Shown here piece after piece: positions 51,195 to 63,406 of a DNA stretch of 64,000 bases. The DNA is taken from positions 75,144,001 through 75,208,000 of the forward strand of contig OZ024740.1 of assembly GCA_964016885.1 (NCBI GenBank), given 5' to 3'. This stretch comes from Eledone cirrhosa. Lineage: Eukaryota. Numbering within the stretch: position 1 is the stretch's first letter; each line of letters starts with the position of its first letter. Position numbers and translations under genes: made by a program. The notes below the pieces were generated by a model. It was not told where the DNA came from, searched no databases, and saw nothing but the letters and a program-made list of their open reading frames with translations.

Positions 51195-51725
51195 GAGCTA
51201 AGACTAAATGTGTGTTAAAGTATACTTATTTTCAGTGACTCGCAGCTTGTTCTACTGAACAATAAGCTACAATTATGAGGTGAGAAGTAAATTACTGCTT
51301 GTCGCGAATTAACTGTAAATGTATTGGAACAGATACAGTAGAGTGGATAATGCAATAGAGAATACTATGGAATAGTGGTAAAGACTAAATAGTAAAATCC
51401 TTATTAGAAACAAAACATTAAACTGAAATGTATTGTACGCCAAGACAAAGTATATGAATCAACGTATCTCAACCAACGTCTCTTCTACCTCACGTGACTA
51501 AGTGGTCGCTCGACCTGCTAGAAATAGAAAGCACAGCACCTTCAATTTAAGGCAGCTGTGAGATAAACCGTTTGAGGAGACTAGCTGCAATACCTTTGAT
51601 GATAGGTCTGCTGGTTTATAGTTGACTTGCTCTAAAAGCCTGAAACAACGTATCTTGACGGTCGACTAATGAGACAGGACTGTGTGTATTCGTTCATTTT
51701 CCTCCCATCTACAATTATATATATA

Positions 51726-54693
51726 TCTCCTTATAATATATAACCAGCAATTTCTCTGTCTGTCTGTCCGACGCGTAGAGAGAGAGTGAGTGAAAGAAAA
51801 AGACAGACTACAAGAGGGGTAGCGGGAGGGAGAGAGAGAGACGCTGGAAGAGGGGAAGGAAAGCTATGTCTTGCTGTCTGCATTACGATACATATATATA
51901 TATATACACACACACACACTGAGCGCGTCATAATGACGTAATGCAGACAGCCAGACATACAGACAGATATTATAAGGGCGCAACGTTATATCTATGTATC
52001 TATCTAAAAAGAAAGACTAAGAATTATATAGAGAGAACGCTAAATCGCCTAATGCGGTCCCTAGGGCATTGAAAATTTGAAATAATTTTTGCTCAAAACA
52101 CTCACAGGACCATAAGTATTACATGTCTAAAGTTTGAAAACAATCGGTTGGATGGTTCTCAAGTTTTAGTGAGCTGACAGACAGACATTCTCTGTTTTAG
52201 ATATATAGACTAGCAGAAATCCGCCCCCGGGTGGTTTTCTGCTAGTCTACTTATATATATAACCAGCAATTTCTCTGTCTGTCTGTCTGTCTGTTCGACA
52301 GTGGAAACACGTGCGTAGAGAGAGAGTGAGAGTGAAAGAGACAGACTACGAGAGGGGGAGAGAGGGAGGGAGAGAGGGAGAGAGAGAGTGAATAGACGCT
52401 AAAACACGTGCTAAAACACGTGGTCACTGAGGCCGAGGGAATCGCTGGTTGCTATAGAGACACCTTGCACAAGCCAGAAGTAACCAGTTCGAGGCGGTTC
52501 CGACTTGACACCATGCGAAGAAGGTTGCCATTGAATTTGTGGTTGTTGCTGCTGATAATAAGGACCATTTGAAGAAGGTTGCTGCTGATGAGGTAATTTA
52601 TTAATCAGATTGCGCAGTTCCATAACCTACGTTTAATTTGTTCAATTTTTTCTTCAATTTTTTTTGTTGTTTTTTTTTATTTCTTATTGAAAAAATATAA
52701 ATAATAAAATAAGGTTAGAAATTTAAATACAATTAAATACGATTTAATTTCCATTTCCAGCAGCCAATGTCCAGTGTTCAATTTCATGAGAAAATTGGAA
52801 ATAATTCAAAAAATTGAAGTTTAACTTTTGAACATTTGTTTTGACAATAAAAAAATATTTCATTATTCACACCTAATGGTATGATTAAAATTTCATAGGA
52901 ATATTTTTTTCTAACCGCCAGTTATTTATTTTCTCCTTTTTCGTTTTAACATATATTTATTTCAAAGATTTCACCGTATAGATAACATATATATTTATAC
53001 ATGCGCAAAAGACACACCGAGAGACGGTGAACATGTGGTGCCGAAAACATTTCTCATCCAAATCTCAACAATATCAGTATATACACTAGATTTGCTAGCA
53101 GAAAACCGCCCACCGGGTGGTTTTCTGCTAGTCTATACATATAAAACTGAGGATGTCTGTCTGTGTGTGTGTGAGTTCGAATCCCTAAAACTCGAGAACC
53201 ACCCAACCGACTGTTTTCAAACTTTACACATGTAATACTTATGTTTCAGAGAGTGTTCTGAGCAAAAAGAATTTCAAATGTTCAATACCCTAGGGACCGC
53301 ATTAGGCGATTTAGCGATCTTGCTCTATAATTCTTAGTCTTTCTCTTTTTAGATAGATACACACATATAACCTCGCGCCCTTATATTATCTGTCTGTATG
53401 TCTGACTGTCTGCATTACGTCAGCAATACTAAGCTTAGCTAAGGCGGGTATATATTTCACACAACATTAAAAATGAAAGCCGGTAACTATGTATTAGTCA
53501 GTCTCTTCTTCATACCGTGAGGAAAGAAAATCCAACTTTTAGTGGAGCGAGTAAAATAAAGTCGACCCTGCTGCGATTCAAAAATCAGGTTTGCAGGTTA
53601 TATATTTCATACAACACTAACAATTAAAGCCGGTAAAGAAAAACATCGCTGTAATAGCTTCAGTTTGTTTACTTACGTGCCTTTACGAGAACAAATGTTA
53701 CTATTTTACCGCTTAGTAGGGTGGTGGATTGGCAGTATCGGTAGAGGGTCGGACGCCATGCTTTTCAGTACAGAGTTACGGCCCTTTATGATCTGAGTTC
53801 ACATCCCGCCGAGGTTAACTTTGCCTTTCATCCTTACGGGGTCGATAAAATAAAGTACCACTCACGCACTGGGATCGATTTAATCGACTTTCCCCTCCCC
53901 CAAAACTGCTGGCCTTGTGCCTATATAAGAAACCACTATTTTACCGCTTTGTATTGTAGAGAAGTACCAAACTGACTGTTTTCAAACTTTACACATCTAA
54001 TACTTATGTTTCAGGGAGTGTTCTGAGCAAAAAATATTTCAAATTTTCAATGCCCTAGAGACCGGATTAGGCGATTTAGCGATCACGCTCTATAATTCTT
54101 AGTCTTCTCTTTTTAGATAGATACATACATATAACATCGAGCCCTTATAATATCTGTCTGTATGTCTGTCTATCTGCATTACGTCACTTCCCTGAGGATG
54201 TGTCTGTGTGTATGTGTGTGAGTTTGAATCCCTAAAACTCGAGAAGTACCCAACCGATTTTTTTCAAACTTTACATGTGTATTACTTATGTTTCAGGGAG
54301 TGTTATGCACAATTCAACTATTTTTAATCTCCTAGGGCCTGAATTAGGTGAAAAACTGCGTTTTTAAGCTTTTAAAGATTTTAGGGGTTTTTTGAGGCAT
54401 TACGTCAGACCGATTTTCTTGAAATTGTAACTATGTATTAGTCAGTCTCTTCTTCATACCGTAAGTAAAGAAAATCCAACTTTCTTATGGCCTAGGGCCG
54501 CATTAGGTGAAAACGTACATTTTTCCTGCTTCATCGAGAAAAATCTTATCTAAAAAAGATTATCCAGCCATCAGAGTATTCGGTTTATTTTCTTTACATA
54601 TTGTCCAAGCATGGAGTTTTTCCACGATTAGGTCTGTTGGCGGCCCGCGTTCCAAAATACCTTATCCCGTGCAACGCCGGGTACCACTGCTAG
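51726..54693. mobile_element. Cluster of non-autonomous Helitron units (tandem and inverted)
   Basis: TC-type 5' ends at 51726(+), 52209(-), 52246(+) and 53132(+); CTAG 3' ends at 52245, 53131 and 54693; homology to 42211-42500; internal duplications 53145-54350. Confidence 0.8.
53718..53937 (+). mobile_element. tRNA-derived SINE with 15-bp TSD actattttaccgctt
   Basis: A and B boxes, family core, flanking direct repeat. Confidence 0.93.
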
Positions 54694-54735
54694 TATATAA
54701 TATTTCCAATACTACTCCCCCCATCTCTCTCTCTT

Positions 54736-54826
<91 letters not shown>

Positions 54827-54828
54827 CA

Positions 54829-54921
<93 letters not shown>

Positions 54922-54929
54922 AATAACTT

Positions 54930-54970
54930 CTACAGGACTAGAACTGTTTCATTCGAAGGAAATCATCAGG
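54930..54970 (-). ncRNA. Minimal type I hammerhead motif (family 2)
   Basis: c-CTGATGA-t ttc cttc gaa t-GAAA-cag ttctagtc ctg-TA-g. Confidence 0.75.
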
Positions 54971-55216
54971 AAAGCCTGATCGAACCTGACACCGGAATCG
55001 GAAGCCCCTCAGATATGTTTTAATATGCGGGCTCGCATATTAAAATATATATGAGGAGCTTTCGATTCCAGAGTCAGGTTCGATCATTAATAGATCGTTC
55101 CTCGAGCTGATCGACAGTGAAACGTATGTAATAAATATGTATATGATGCAACACTGATTCTTTGTTCCTATATATTAATACTACACACACACACGTATAT
55201 ATACATATATATATAT

Positions 55217-55269
<53 letters not shown>

Positions 55270-56029
55270 TTTTAGTTACTTCCATTGTTTACTGTCGCAC
55301 CATATAGGCCATGGTAGTTGGAGACTAGAGCAGAATGCTATCATTCTATTGTACAGCGATTCGAGACAGATTTTCTCTAACCGATTTTTTCACTCACTTT
55401 TTAATTTGTGCTTGACTTGAGATATGATGGCGAGTCCTTATGGAGGGGCAGAAGAATTAGAATTTCGACTCCTACCACCACGTAAATTTCTTGAACATGT
55501 GGCCGATCGGTTGACGGTACTTTGATGACGCGTAGGGATTTCAATTACTAATGTACTACTGTGTCGCCTGTCGCATTTACTGCCATAGACAACACAGACT
55601 GGAATCAAATTCTGTCGATCGATTGGTTATTGATTAGGCGAGACTTACTGATGAAGCCACATGTGCCGATTGTGCATTGTTGCATAATAAATGCAGACAA
55701 TAGATACTGTACGCTCTTTTGCTGCATTAAGTGTGGCCGAAACTCGAGTACGGGTATAAATTTATGGTACCGTTTACATGTGTTGTATTGAGGCAAATAA
55801 CTTTGTGTCTACTCTGGGATTCTTACTTAACTTTACATGTGGAGTTCGCTGATATGCACCTAGCAGGGAAACGTTACGCTAGTCCCGTCAACTTATTATA
55901 TATATATAATAGTATGTGCGTGTGTCGCGCGCGCGCGCGTGTGTGTAAAAGGTAAACGGAAATAGCAAAGCAAACGACACAGTACATTGAATGAATATAT
56001 TAGTTTAACGCTTGAAATAGCAGGAAAAG

Positions 56030-56066
56030 GGTCTTCACGTTTCAGACACTGGCCCTTCATCAGATG
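56030..56066 (-). ncRNA. Degenerate minimal PLE-type hammerhead motif
   Basis: CTGATGA agggccagtgtct GAAACG; cleavage triplet not intact. Confidence 0.4.
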
Positions 56067-56659
56067 ACAGAGTTAGAAATAGAAGATAAATAGAAAGATA
56101 AAGAGTGAGATCGGGAAAAAATGAGAAAAAAGGGAGAAAAAACACACGTGCGCATTCTGTCAGTAATATGTATAATAACTGCCATTTTTTTTTACAGAAG
56201 TCCCAGCTATTATGACCCACCACCAACTGCAGGTTGCTGGCAACTTAGATGAGTGAACAGGGTTTGTGGAGGCTACCGATTCCAGACCCTTCACATATGG
56301 TATGGGTGAGCAATGCGTCCCCCAAAGGGCTGCTCAAATACCGAAGACTCCGCCCGAGCATATTGCTGTTCAGGATAAAAGTGCAACGACGTTAGGAAAA
56401 TAGTTTAGTCATTCAAATGTAGATTTGTGACTATGTGCTTCTAACTGGTCGAGTCTGCACACGTTGCCACTCCTCTGCCGCTGTGGGAAGACATATCTGC
56501 ACATAAAGATAGCAATGTTTCGTACCTGTTACACACATACCCCCCCCCACACACACACACACCCACACTCCAGAGACAAGCCAAGGAATGATAACCACAT
56601 GTGTTACTGTCATAGAGTTTAACCTCTTCAGTGGAAGTAGCTGTACTTCTCATGCTTGG

Positions 56660-56714
<55 letters not shown>

Positions 56715-56825
56715 ATATATATACGGCGATAATAAATACAAAGACCAAAATCCCCAAAGGGTTGTTTATATATAAGTATATATTAAACCTATAAAGCAAA
56801 TATTTATTATTAGTACAGATTAAAG

Positions 56826-56874
56826 GTTTAAGCAATGAATTTCTGCTTTCACACTAAGCGAGATCATCTGAAAC
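56826..56874 (-). ncRNA. Hammerhead-like motif with CAGATGA core (family 3, diverged copy)
   Basis: gttt-CAGATGA-...-GAAA-gca..tgc-TT-aaac. Confidence 0.55.
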
Positions 56875-57156
56875 GGAGAAAAATCAATTTGTAGACGCAG
56901 AAGTAAATATTTCAAAAGCAATTATGACCAAATATTGCCTTTAGAAAACAGGAAGACATAACGGTAGTGCGTGAGGACGTTCTCATAAGATGAGCGAAAT
57001 GTATGCAAGGAGAATTACGTCATTATATGGAGTGGGAAGACTAAATTCTTGCTATGGAGACTAATCAGGAGACTAATATTTTTTTTAAAATTGTCAAATA
57101 ATTTCGAGCTACCAAATAGGGAAAATAATATTATTAGCAGTAAAATAATAAACATA

Positions 57157-57455
57157 AATCGACCCTAGTGCATCACTGGTACTTTATTTTATCGACCCCG
57201 TAAGGATGAAAGGCAAAGCTAACCCGACGGGATTTGAACTCAGGGCCGTAACTCTATATAATAACAATTACTTTATTTAATAATTATTTCTACTTTTGGC
57301 ACAAGGCCAGCAATTATCCCAGTGTATTACTGGTATTTTATTTTATCGCCCCCGTAAGGATGAAAGGTTAAGTTAACCTCGGCGGGATTTGAACTCAGAA
57401 TGGCAAGGGCCGTAACTCTATGCGTCAAAGCATGGTGTCCGACCCTCTACCGATA
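57157..57455 (-). mobile_element. Two tandem partial copies of the tRNA-derived SINE
   Basis: Family core at ~57175-57250 and ~57285-57455. Confidence 0.88.
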
Positions 57456-57711
57456 ATAATAATAATTTTTTTTTCGGATTTAGGCTCATACATATGTATG
57501 CGCTGACCTGTGTGGATGCATGCGTAAACAAAAATATAGTGTATAAAGATTATACACACACATATACATATATACGCACATATACAAACGCACGTGAACG
57601 TACATATGTACATATACACATACATACATATACTCCAATATATACGCATATACACTCACGCATGCATATACATGTATACGCATATATATTTATACATATT
57701 TATACATGTAT

Positions 57712-57784
<73 letters not shown>

Positions 57785-57786
<2 letters not shown>

Positions 57787-57915
57787 CCGGGTTCATTCGG
57801 GGGTACTCAATACATTTTTAGTGCGTATACAACAAATTTAATATAGAAATGGCTTTTACAGGACTAGAACTGTTTCATTCAAAGTCCTGTAGAAGCCATT
57901 TCTATATAAAATTTG

Positions 57916-57917
<2 letters not shown>
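57785..57917. mobile_element. Fold-back fragment of HHR family 2 between (GA)n and (TA)n
   Basis: 35-bp arms 57831-57865 and 57883-57917. Confidence 0.8.
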
Positions 57918-57959
<42 letters not shown>

Positions 57960-57960
57960 C

Positions 57961-58008
<48 letters not shown>

Positions 58009-58486
58009 ATGTGTGTGTGTGTGTGTATATATTTAATACATTAACAGAGAAAGCTTTAAGCAATACTCCGACCGGCTTCCGTCTCACTCAACAAACATTA
58101 GGATATACCTTAGTATAATTCCAATTATACGTTTGGGGTGCTAACTATACATATTTTGCGGATAGCCAGTTGTATTATTTTATATGAGACATAATTAAAA
58201 TACATCTCTCTTTCCAGAAATTCCAACGATCGTTTCATTATAAGTTTTCTACAAATTGGGAAAATAATGTCCAGGTTATGTAGAAGCCTACACATAGTCC
58301 GTAGGAATATATGTAGGTGGGCACTTATAAATCATCAGTGGATGCCCGACAAATATCGATATAAAAAAAACCTTACCGATATTAATGTTCAACGATGGTA
58401 CCCCTCCGTGCTAGAATGGCCGCCAAACTTGAAATTCCAGCAGTCTCACAATGAGAAATCTCACACTGCCATCAAGCATATATATA

Positions 58487-58610
<124 letters not shown>

Positions 58611-58732
58611 GACAAACATAGAATATTCGAAAATATTCTGTATGTTTATAATAAACATTTTGAAGACCCAATCGCTATAGAATAGAATACGTCACGTATT
58701 ACAATTTGAGATTCTCGATAAAAGCAAGGGAA

Positions 58733-58775
58733 GTAACCTACGCGTTTCATTCTTATTAGAAATCATCAGGATTAC
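58733..58775 (-). ncRNA. Type I hammerhead ribozyme motif
   Basis: gtaatc-CTGATGA-t ttc taataa gaa t-GAAA-CGCG-TA-ggttac. Confidence 0.85.
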
Positions 58776-58992
58776 ATATCCAATGCTTTTATCGAGAACG
58801 ACACAGCTAGAGACTTATAGAATACTTAGCTGTGTACAGGAACTGGTTTGAAAGAGCGGTAGCCGGTCCAGCAGAAATTAGAATTTGGATTTAATGCTCT
58901 GAAATAGCGATATATATGTGAAGACAAACATAGAATATTCGAAAATATTCTGTATGTTTATAATAAACATTTTGAAGACCCAATCGCAATAT

Positions 58993-59035
58993 GTAATCCT
59001 GATGATTTCTAATAAGAATGAAACGCGTAGGTTAC
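58993..59035 (+). ncRNA. Type I hammerhead ribozyme motif
   Basis: Same motif; predicted cleavage after 59029. Confidence 0.85.
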
Positions 59036-59304
59036 TTCCCTTGCTTTTATCGAGAATCTCAAATTGTAATACGTGACGTATTCTATTCTATAGCGATTGG
59101 GTCTTCAAAATGTTTATTATAAACATACAGAATATTTTCGAATATTCTATGTTTGTCTTCACATATATATCGCTATTTCAGAGCATTAAATCCAAATTCT
59201 AATTTCTGCCGGACCGGCTACCGCTCTTTCAAACCAGTTCCTGTACACAGCTAAGTATTCTATAAGTCTCTAGGTGTGTCGTTCTCGATAAAAGCATTGG
59301 ATAT

Positions 59305-59347
59305 GTAATCCTGATGATTTCTAATAAGAATGAAACGCGTAGGTTAC
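59305..59347 (+). ncRNA. Type I hammerhead ribozyme motif
   Basis: Same motif; predicted cleavage after 59341. Confidence 0.85.
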
Positions 59348-59504
59348 TTCCCTTGCTTTTATCGAGAATCTCAAATTGTAATACGTGACGTATTCTATTC
59401 TATAGCGATTGGGTCTTCAAAATGTTTATTATAAACATACAGAATATTTTCGAATATTCTATGTTTGTCTTCACATATATATCGCTATTTCAGAGCATTA
59501 AATC

Positions 59505-59551
<47 letters not shown>

Positions 59552-59564
59552 ATGTGTGTGTATT

Positions 59565-59638
<74 letters not shown>

Positions 59639-59799
59639 ATTTTCGAAGGGTGATCGCCAACCAGCGTGAAACAGACTGTTAGCTTCTCTCCCTTATTTCG
59701 CCGAAAAGAAGTAACTGACATAGTCTCTACTTTAAAACCCATAGCGTATGGTCTTCTAAATGTTTTTAATTAAACATTCGGTATATTGCCAAATATACT

Positions 59800-59851
<52 letters not shown>

Positions 59852-59853
<2 letters not shown>

Positions 59854-60179
59854 TTCAGAAGATCCAGTTAAGTGTGAAAGCAGCGATTCTTTGCTTAAAC
59901 TTTAATCTGTCAACGACCTCTTTTATACCATAAACGTGGTTCTGTCCTTGCACGTAATTGTCTTTCACCGCTCCTATTAATGACGTATTATTCGTTTTTT
60001 CCCGTTCTTTGCCAGCGAACGTCACCATGAACCAAAGTATCGTCTTCCTGTCTTCCTCTGGTTGCAACGTTTTTTGAAATATCCAGTTCTGCGTTTACAG
60101 ATTGACTTTGTTAGTTTCAGAAGATCCCATTAAGGGTGAAAGCAGCGATTCTTTGCTTAAACTTTAATCTGTTATTTTA

Positions 60180-60183
<4 letters not shown>
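59852..60183 (+). mobile_element. Family 3 element in (TA)n: two hammerhead-like motifs (CAGAAGA core) 262 bp apart
   Basis: Motifs at 59852-59900 and 60114-60162; related copies at 42625-42745, 56720-56915 and 61589-61782. Confidence 0.75.
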
Positions 60184-60229
<46 letters not shown>

Positions 60230-60230
<1 letters not shown>

Positions 60231-61370
60231 TAAAAGGAATTCCAACTTTGTCTGATTTACTCGTTTTATCTACAATCCTTTAAAATTTATAATGGTATTA
60301 GAATGAAATAGTATTGTAGAATATTAAATGTTAAGTGTTAATTGAACAAGTACTTTCATGCTTTCGCAATCTTCAGGTTCATATTCTGTGGTGACAGTCA
60401 AGTTTGCAATTTTCAACTGTAATGAGATGGGTAAATTTTGTGCCTTATATACAGTGAAAAGTGGCTACAGAATGCTAAATCTTGCAAACTGTATTTCGAC
60501 CAATCGGTGTGTAGTTTCACTGGATTACTAAAGCTGATTGGTTTAGGCGTCACGGTTGGTTGAGCATGTCTAACGACTACTAATTGATCCTATCCAAAGC
60601 ATCAATTGTTTTGCTATTTTTAGAAATGATGAAAATAGCATTTTCTAGTAATCATCACCATCAACATCACTTTTATTATTATTATTGTTGTTGTTGTTGT
60701 TAGTGGTCGTTGTCATAGTCATAGTAGGATTAATCACTCATTAATATTGTTCATTTAGCTTGGGTTGGAATTTATCAATAAAATTCTTTTCTTTGATTTT
60801 TCTCTTGATTTCACTTGGGCTGTGTAATATGCAGAATGTAAATATAAATATTCTCTGACCACATGTTGCTAAATGGTTACTCAGCGGTATCTGACGGACA
60901 TTTGGGTCTCTGATTTGCTGTCGGTGTACCCGTGCACGTTCCGATAGTGCATTTCCAGTTTGACCGACATATAGTTCTTCACAATTCGGGCATCTAATTC
61001 AGTAAATTAGATTTCTGCTTTTGCAGTTCATATTTGCATTTTGGAATATTTTTCCAGTTGTTGTTTTCATATATTGACCAGTGTGTATGGATTGACATGT
61101 GCCACATCAACTATCATTGCATTTAGATACAGTGAATGATTGGTATTTGTTGTTAAGGTCAAACTTTGCTTTTGTTAGTAATTGCTGCAAATTTTTCGGC
61201 TGTCTTTTACTAAGAGTCAAAGATCGATCTGTGATTAAGCCTTTTAATTCATAACTTTGAGCAATGATCGGTAGGTTTGCTTTGGCAGTGTTGAAGGTAT
61301 TCTGGTGACATGGGTTGTGTGTCATTATAAATGGTATGACCAGTTTTTGGTTTCTTCTTCCTTGGGTCAA
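60230..61370 (-). mobile_element. 5'-truncated Penelope-like element: GIY-YIG endonuclease remnant plus 3' pLTR
   Basis: CKSRNLIY*IRCPNCEELYVGQTGNALSERARVHRQQI; IPFIMTHNP, KRQPKNLQQLL; ends in (TA)n. Confidence 0.9.
60344..60380 (-). ncRNA. Minimal type I hammerhead motif in the PLE pLTR
   Basis: gaac-CTGAAGA-t tgc gaaa gca t-GAAA-GTAC-TT-gttc. Confidence 0.8.
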
Positions 61371-61432
61371 TATATGAAAACAAAAACTGGAAAAATATTC
61401 CCAAATGCAAATATGAACTGCAAAAGCAGAAA

Positions 61433-61500
61433 TCTAATTTAGTCCAGAAATAGCCGTCGAAACGGCTTGAGCTCTGCCGTCGGGGTCATACATTTTCCTA
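61433..61500 (+). repeat. Truncated HHR family 1 fragment ending in (TA)n
   Basis: Nearly identical to 35030-35090. Confidence 0.9.
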
Positions 61501-61544
61501 TATATATATATATATATAAATATATATATAAATATAAATATATA

Positions 61545-61588
<44 letters not shown>

Positions 61589-61593
<5 letters not shown>

Positions 61594-61782
61594 TAAAATA
61601 ACAGATTAAACTTTAAGCAAAGAATCGGTGCTTTCACCCTTAACGGGATCTTCCGAAACTAACAAAGTCAATCTGTAAACGCAGAAGTGGATATTTCCAA
61701 AAACGTTGCAACCGGAGGAAGACAGGAAGACGATACTTTGGTTCGTGGAAACGTTCGCTGGCGAAGAAGGGGAAAAAACGAA
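61589..61782 (-). mobile_element. Family 3 copy in (TA)n with hammerhead-like motif (CGGAAGA core) at 61611-61659
   Basis: Reverse complement of ~59990-60183. Confidence 0.8.
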
Positions 61783-61841
61783 TATATATATATATATATA
61801 TTTATATGTAAATATAAATATATATATATATATATAAATAT

Positions 61842-61917
<76 letters not shown>

Positions 61918-62230
61918 CACTTAATTGTTGGAAATTTCACTTAATTGTTGCGAAACAAATTTGAAATTTGAAATTTAAATTTGTCCAGGTATCACGGCTA
62001 TTGCCAATATAGGTTTGTTTTTATTGATTTATTATTTTAAATCGAGACAGGCAAACTGTATTATTTTAATTAGTATTTTTCAATCTAGCTAACTTGGTCA
62101 TTTGCAATACAAACACTTATATACTTGTATTAGTGTTTTCACTATCATATATTCATTTGTATTACACGGCTCAGAAATATCCCTTTCTTTGAGGTATTTA
62201 ATTGTAAAAGACTATTTGAGTTTATAACTC

Positions 62231-62304
<74 letters not shown>

Positions 62305-62309
<5 letters not shown>

Positions 62310-62721
62310 TCCGTTATACATATTTCACTCAGGACTATCAGTTAAGATAGACTGAGCTCTTCAGACAGCAAAACCTAAAATAAACATTGAGAGTTCCTGA
62401 GAAAACCTTAAATTTGGAAAAATCCAATATACATATATGTATATATATACATATATATATACATATATGTATACAGGGGCCGGCCGTCGAAGAAACAACA
62501 CCACGCGTTCGGCCGGCCCCCTGTATCATGAAAAGAAACTCTTTTTCAGAGAAATAATTGGATTTTTACAAATTTAAGGTTTTCTTAGGAACTCTCAATG
62601 TTTATTTTAGGTTTTGCCGTCTGAAGAGCTCAGTCTATCTTAACTGATAGTCCTCAGTGAAATATGTATAATGGAGTTTTAAATAAACCAGAATCAACTG
62701 AATTTGGCCTCCGATCTTTTA

Positions 62722-62725
<4 letters not shown>
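62305..62725. mobile_element. Palindromic HHR-bearing element in (TA)n (124-bp arms)
   Basis: Arms 62305-62428 and 62557-62680; each has CTGAAGA-gctcag...ct(g/c)agt-GAAA-tatg-TA. Confidence 0.85.
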
Positions 62726-62796
<71 letters not shown>

Positions 62797-63127
62797 ACGT
62801 TCAATCATTTGGCAGGAAGGTATACGGTGCTGCCGATAGCTAATAAGCTTGAAACTAGTTCATCGTTCCTTTGTCAGTGTTGAACAGCAGGGCGACGATG
62901 GTTGCCGAACACTGTACGGCTTAATTCGGGCTGTTCGTTTACAAACAAACCGAACATTATAATAAATGTTCGGTAAACCCATACGTACATATATATATAT
63001 ATGTGCATGTATGTATATATATACATACTACTGTATGTCTGTATACATATATGTATGTACGTATACATACATACATTTAAGTATCAGCCGTACTAAGAGT
63101 GAGAAATGAAATTTCATTTCATTCTTT

Positions 63128-63281
<154 letters not shown>

Positions 63282-63282
63282 C

Positions 63283-63313
<31 letters not shown>

Positions 63314-63360
63314 ATATAATAAATAACAAAGAACGCCTATAGCATATGCATATCTTTACT

Positions 63361-63406
63361 TGCTAACATTGTTTCATCCGCACTATAAGTGGGACTCATC
63401 AGAGCA
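63361..63406 (-). ncRNA. Minimal type I hammerhead motif in a pLTR-like segment next to (TA)n
   Basis: tgct-CTGATGA-gtcccac ttata gtgcggat-GAAA-caatg-TT-agca. Confidence 0.75.

Noticed and set aside
55560-55800. RPKLEYG-like CR1 remnant
   Set aside because: A single short motif with no supporting frame.
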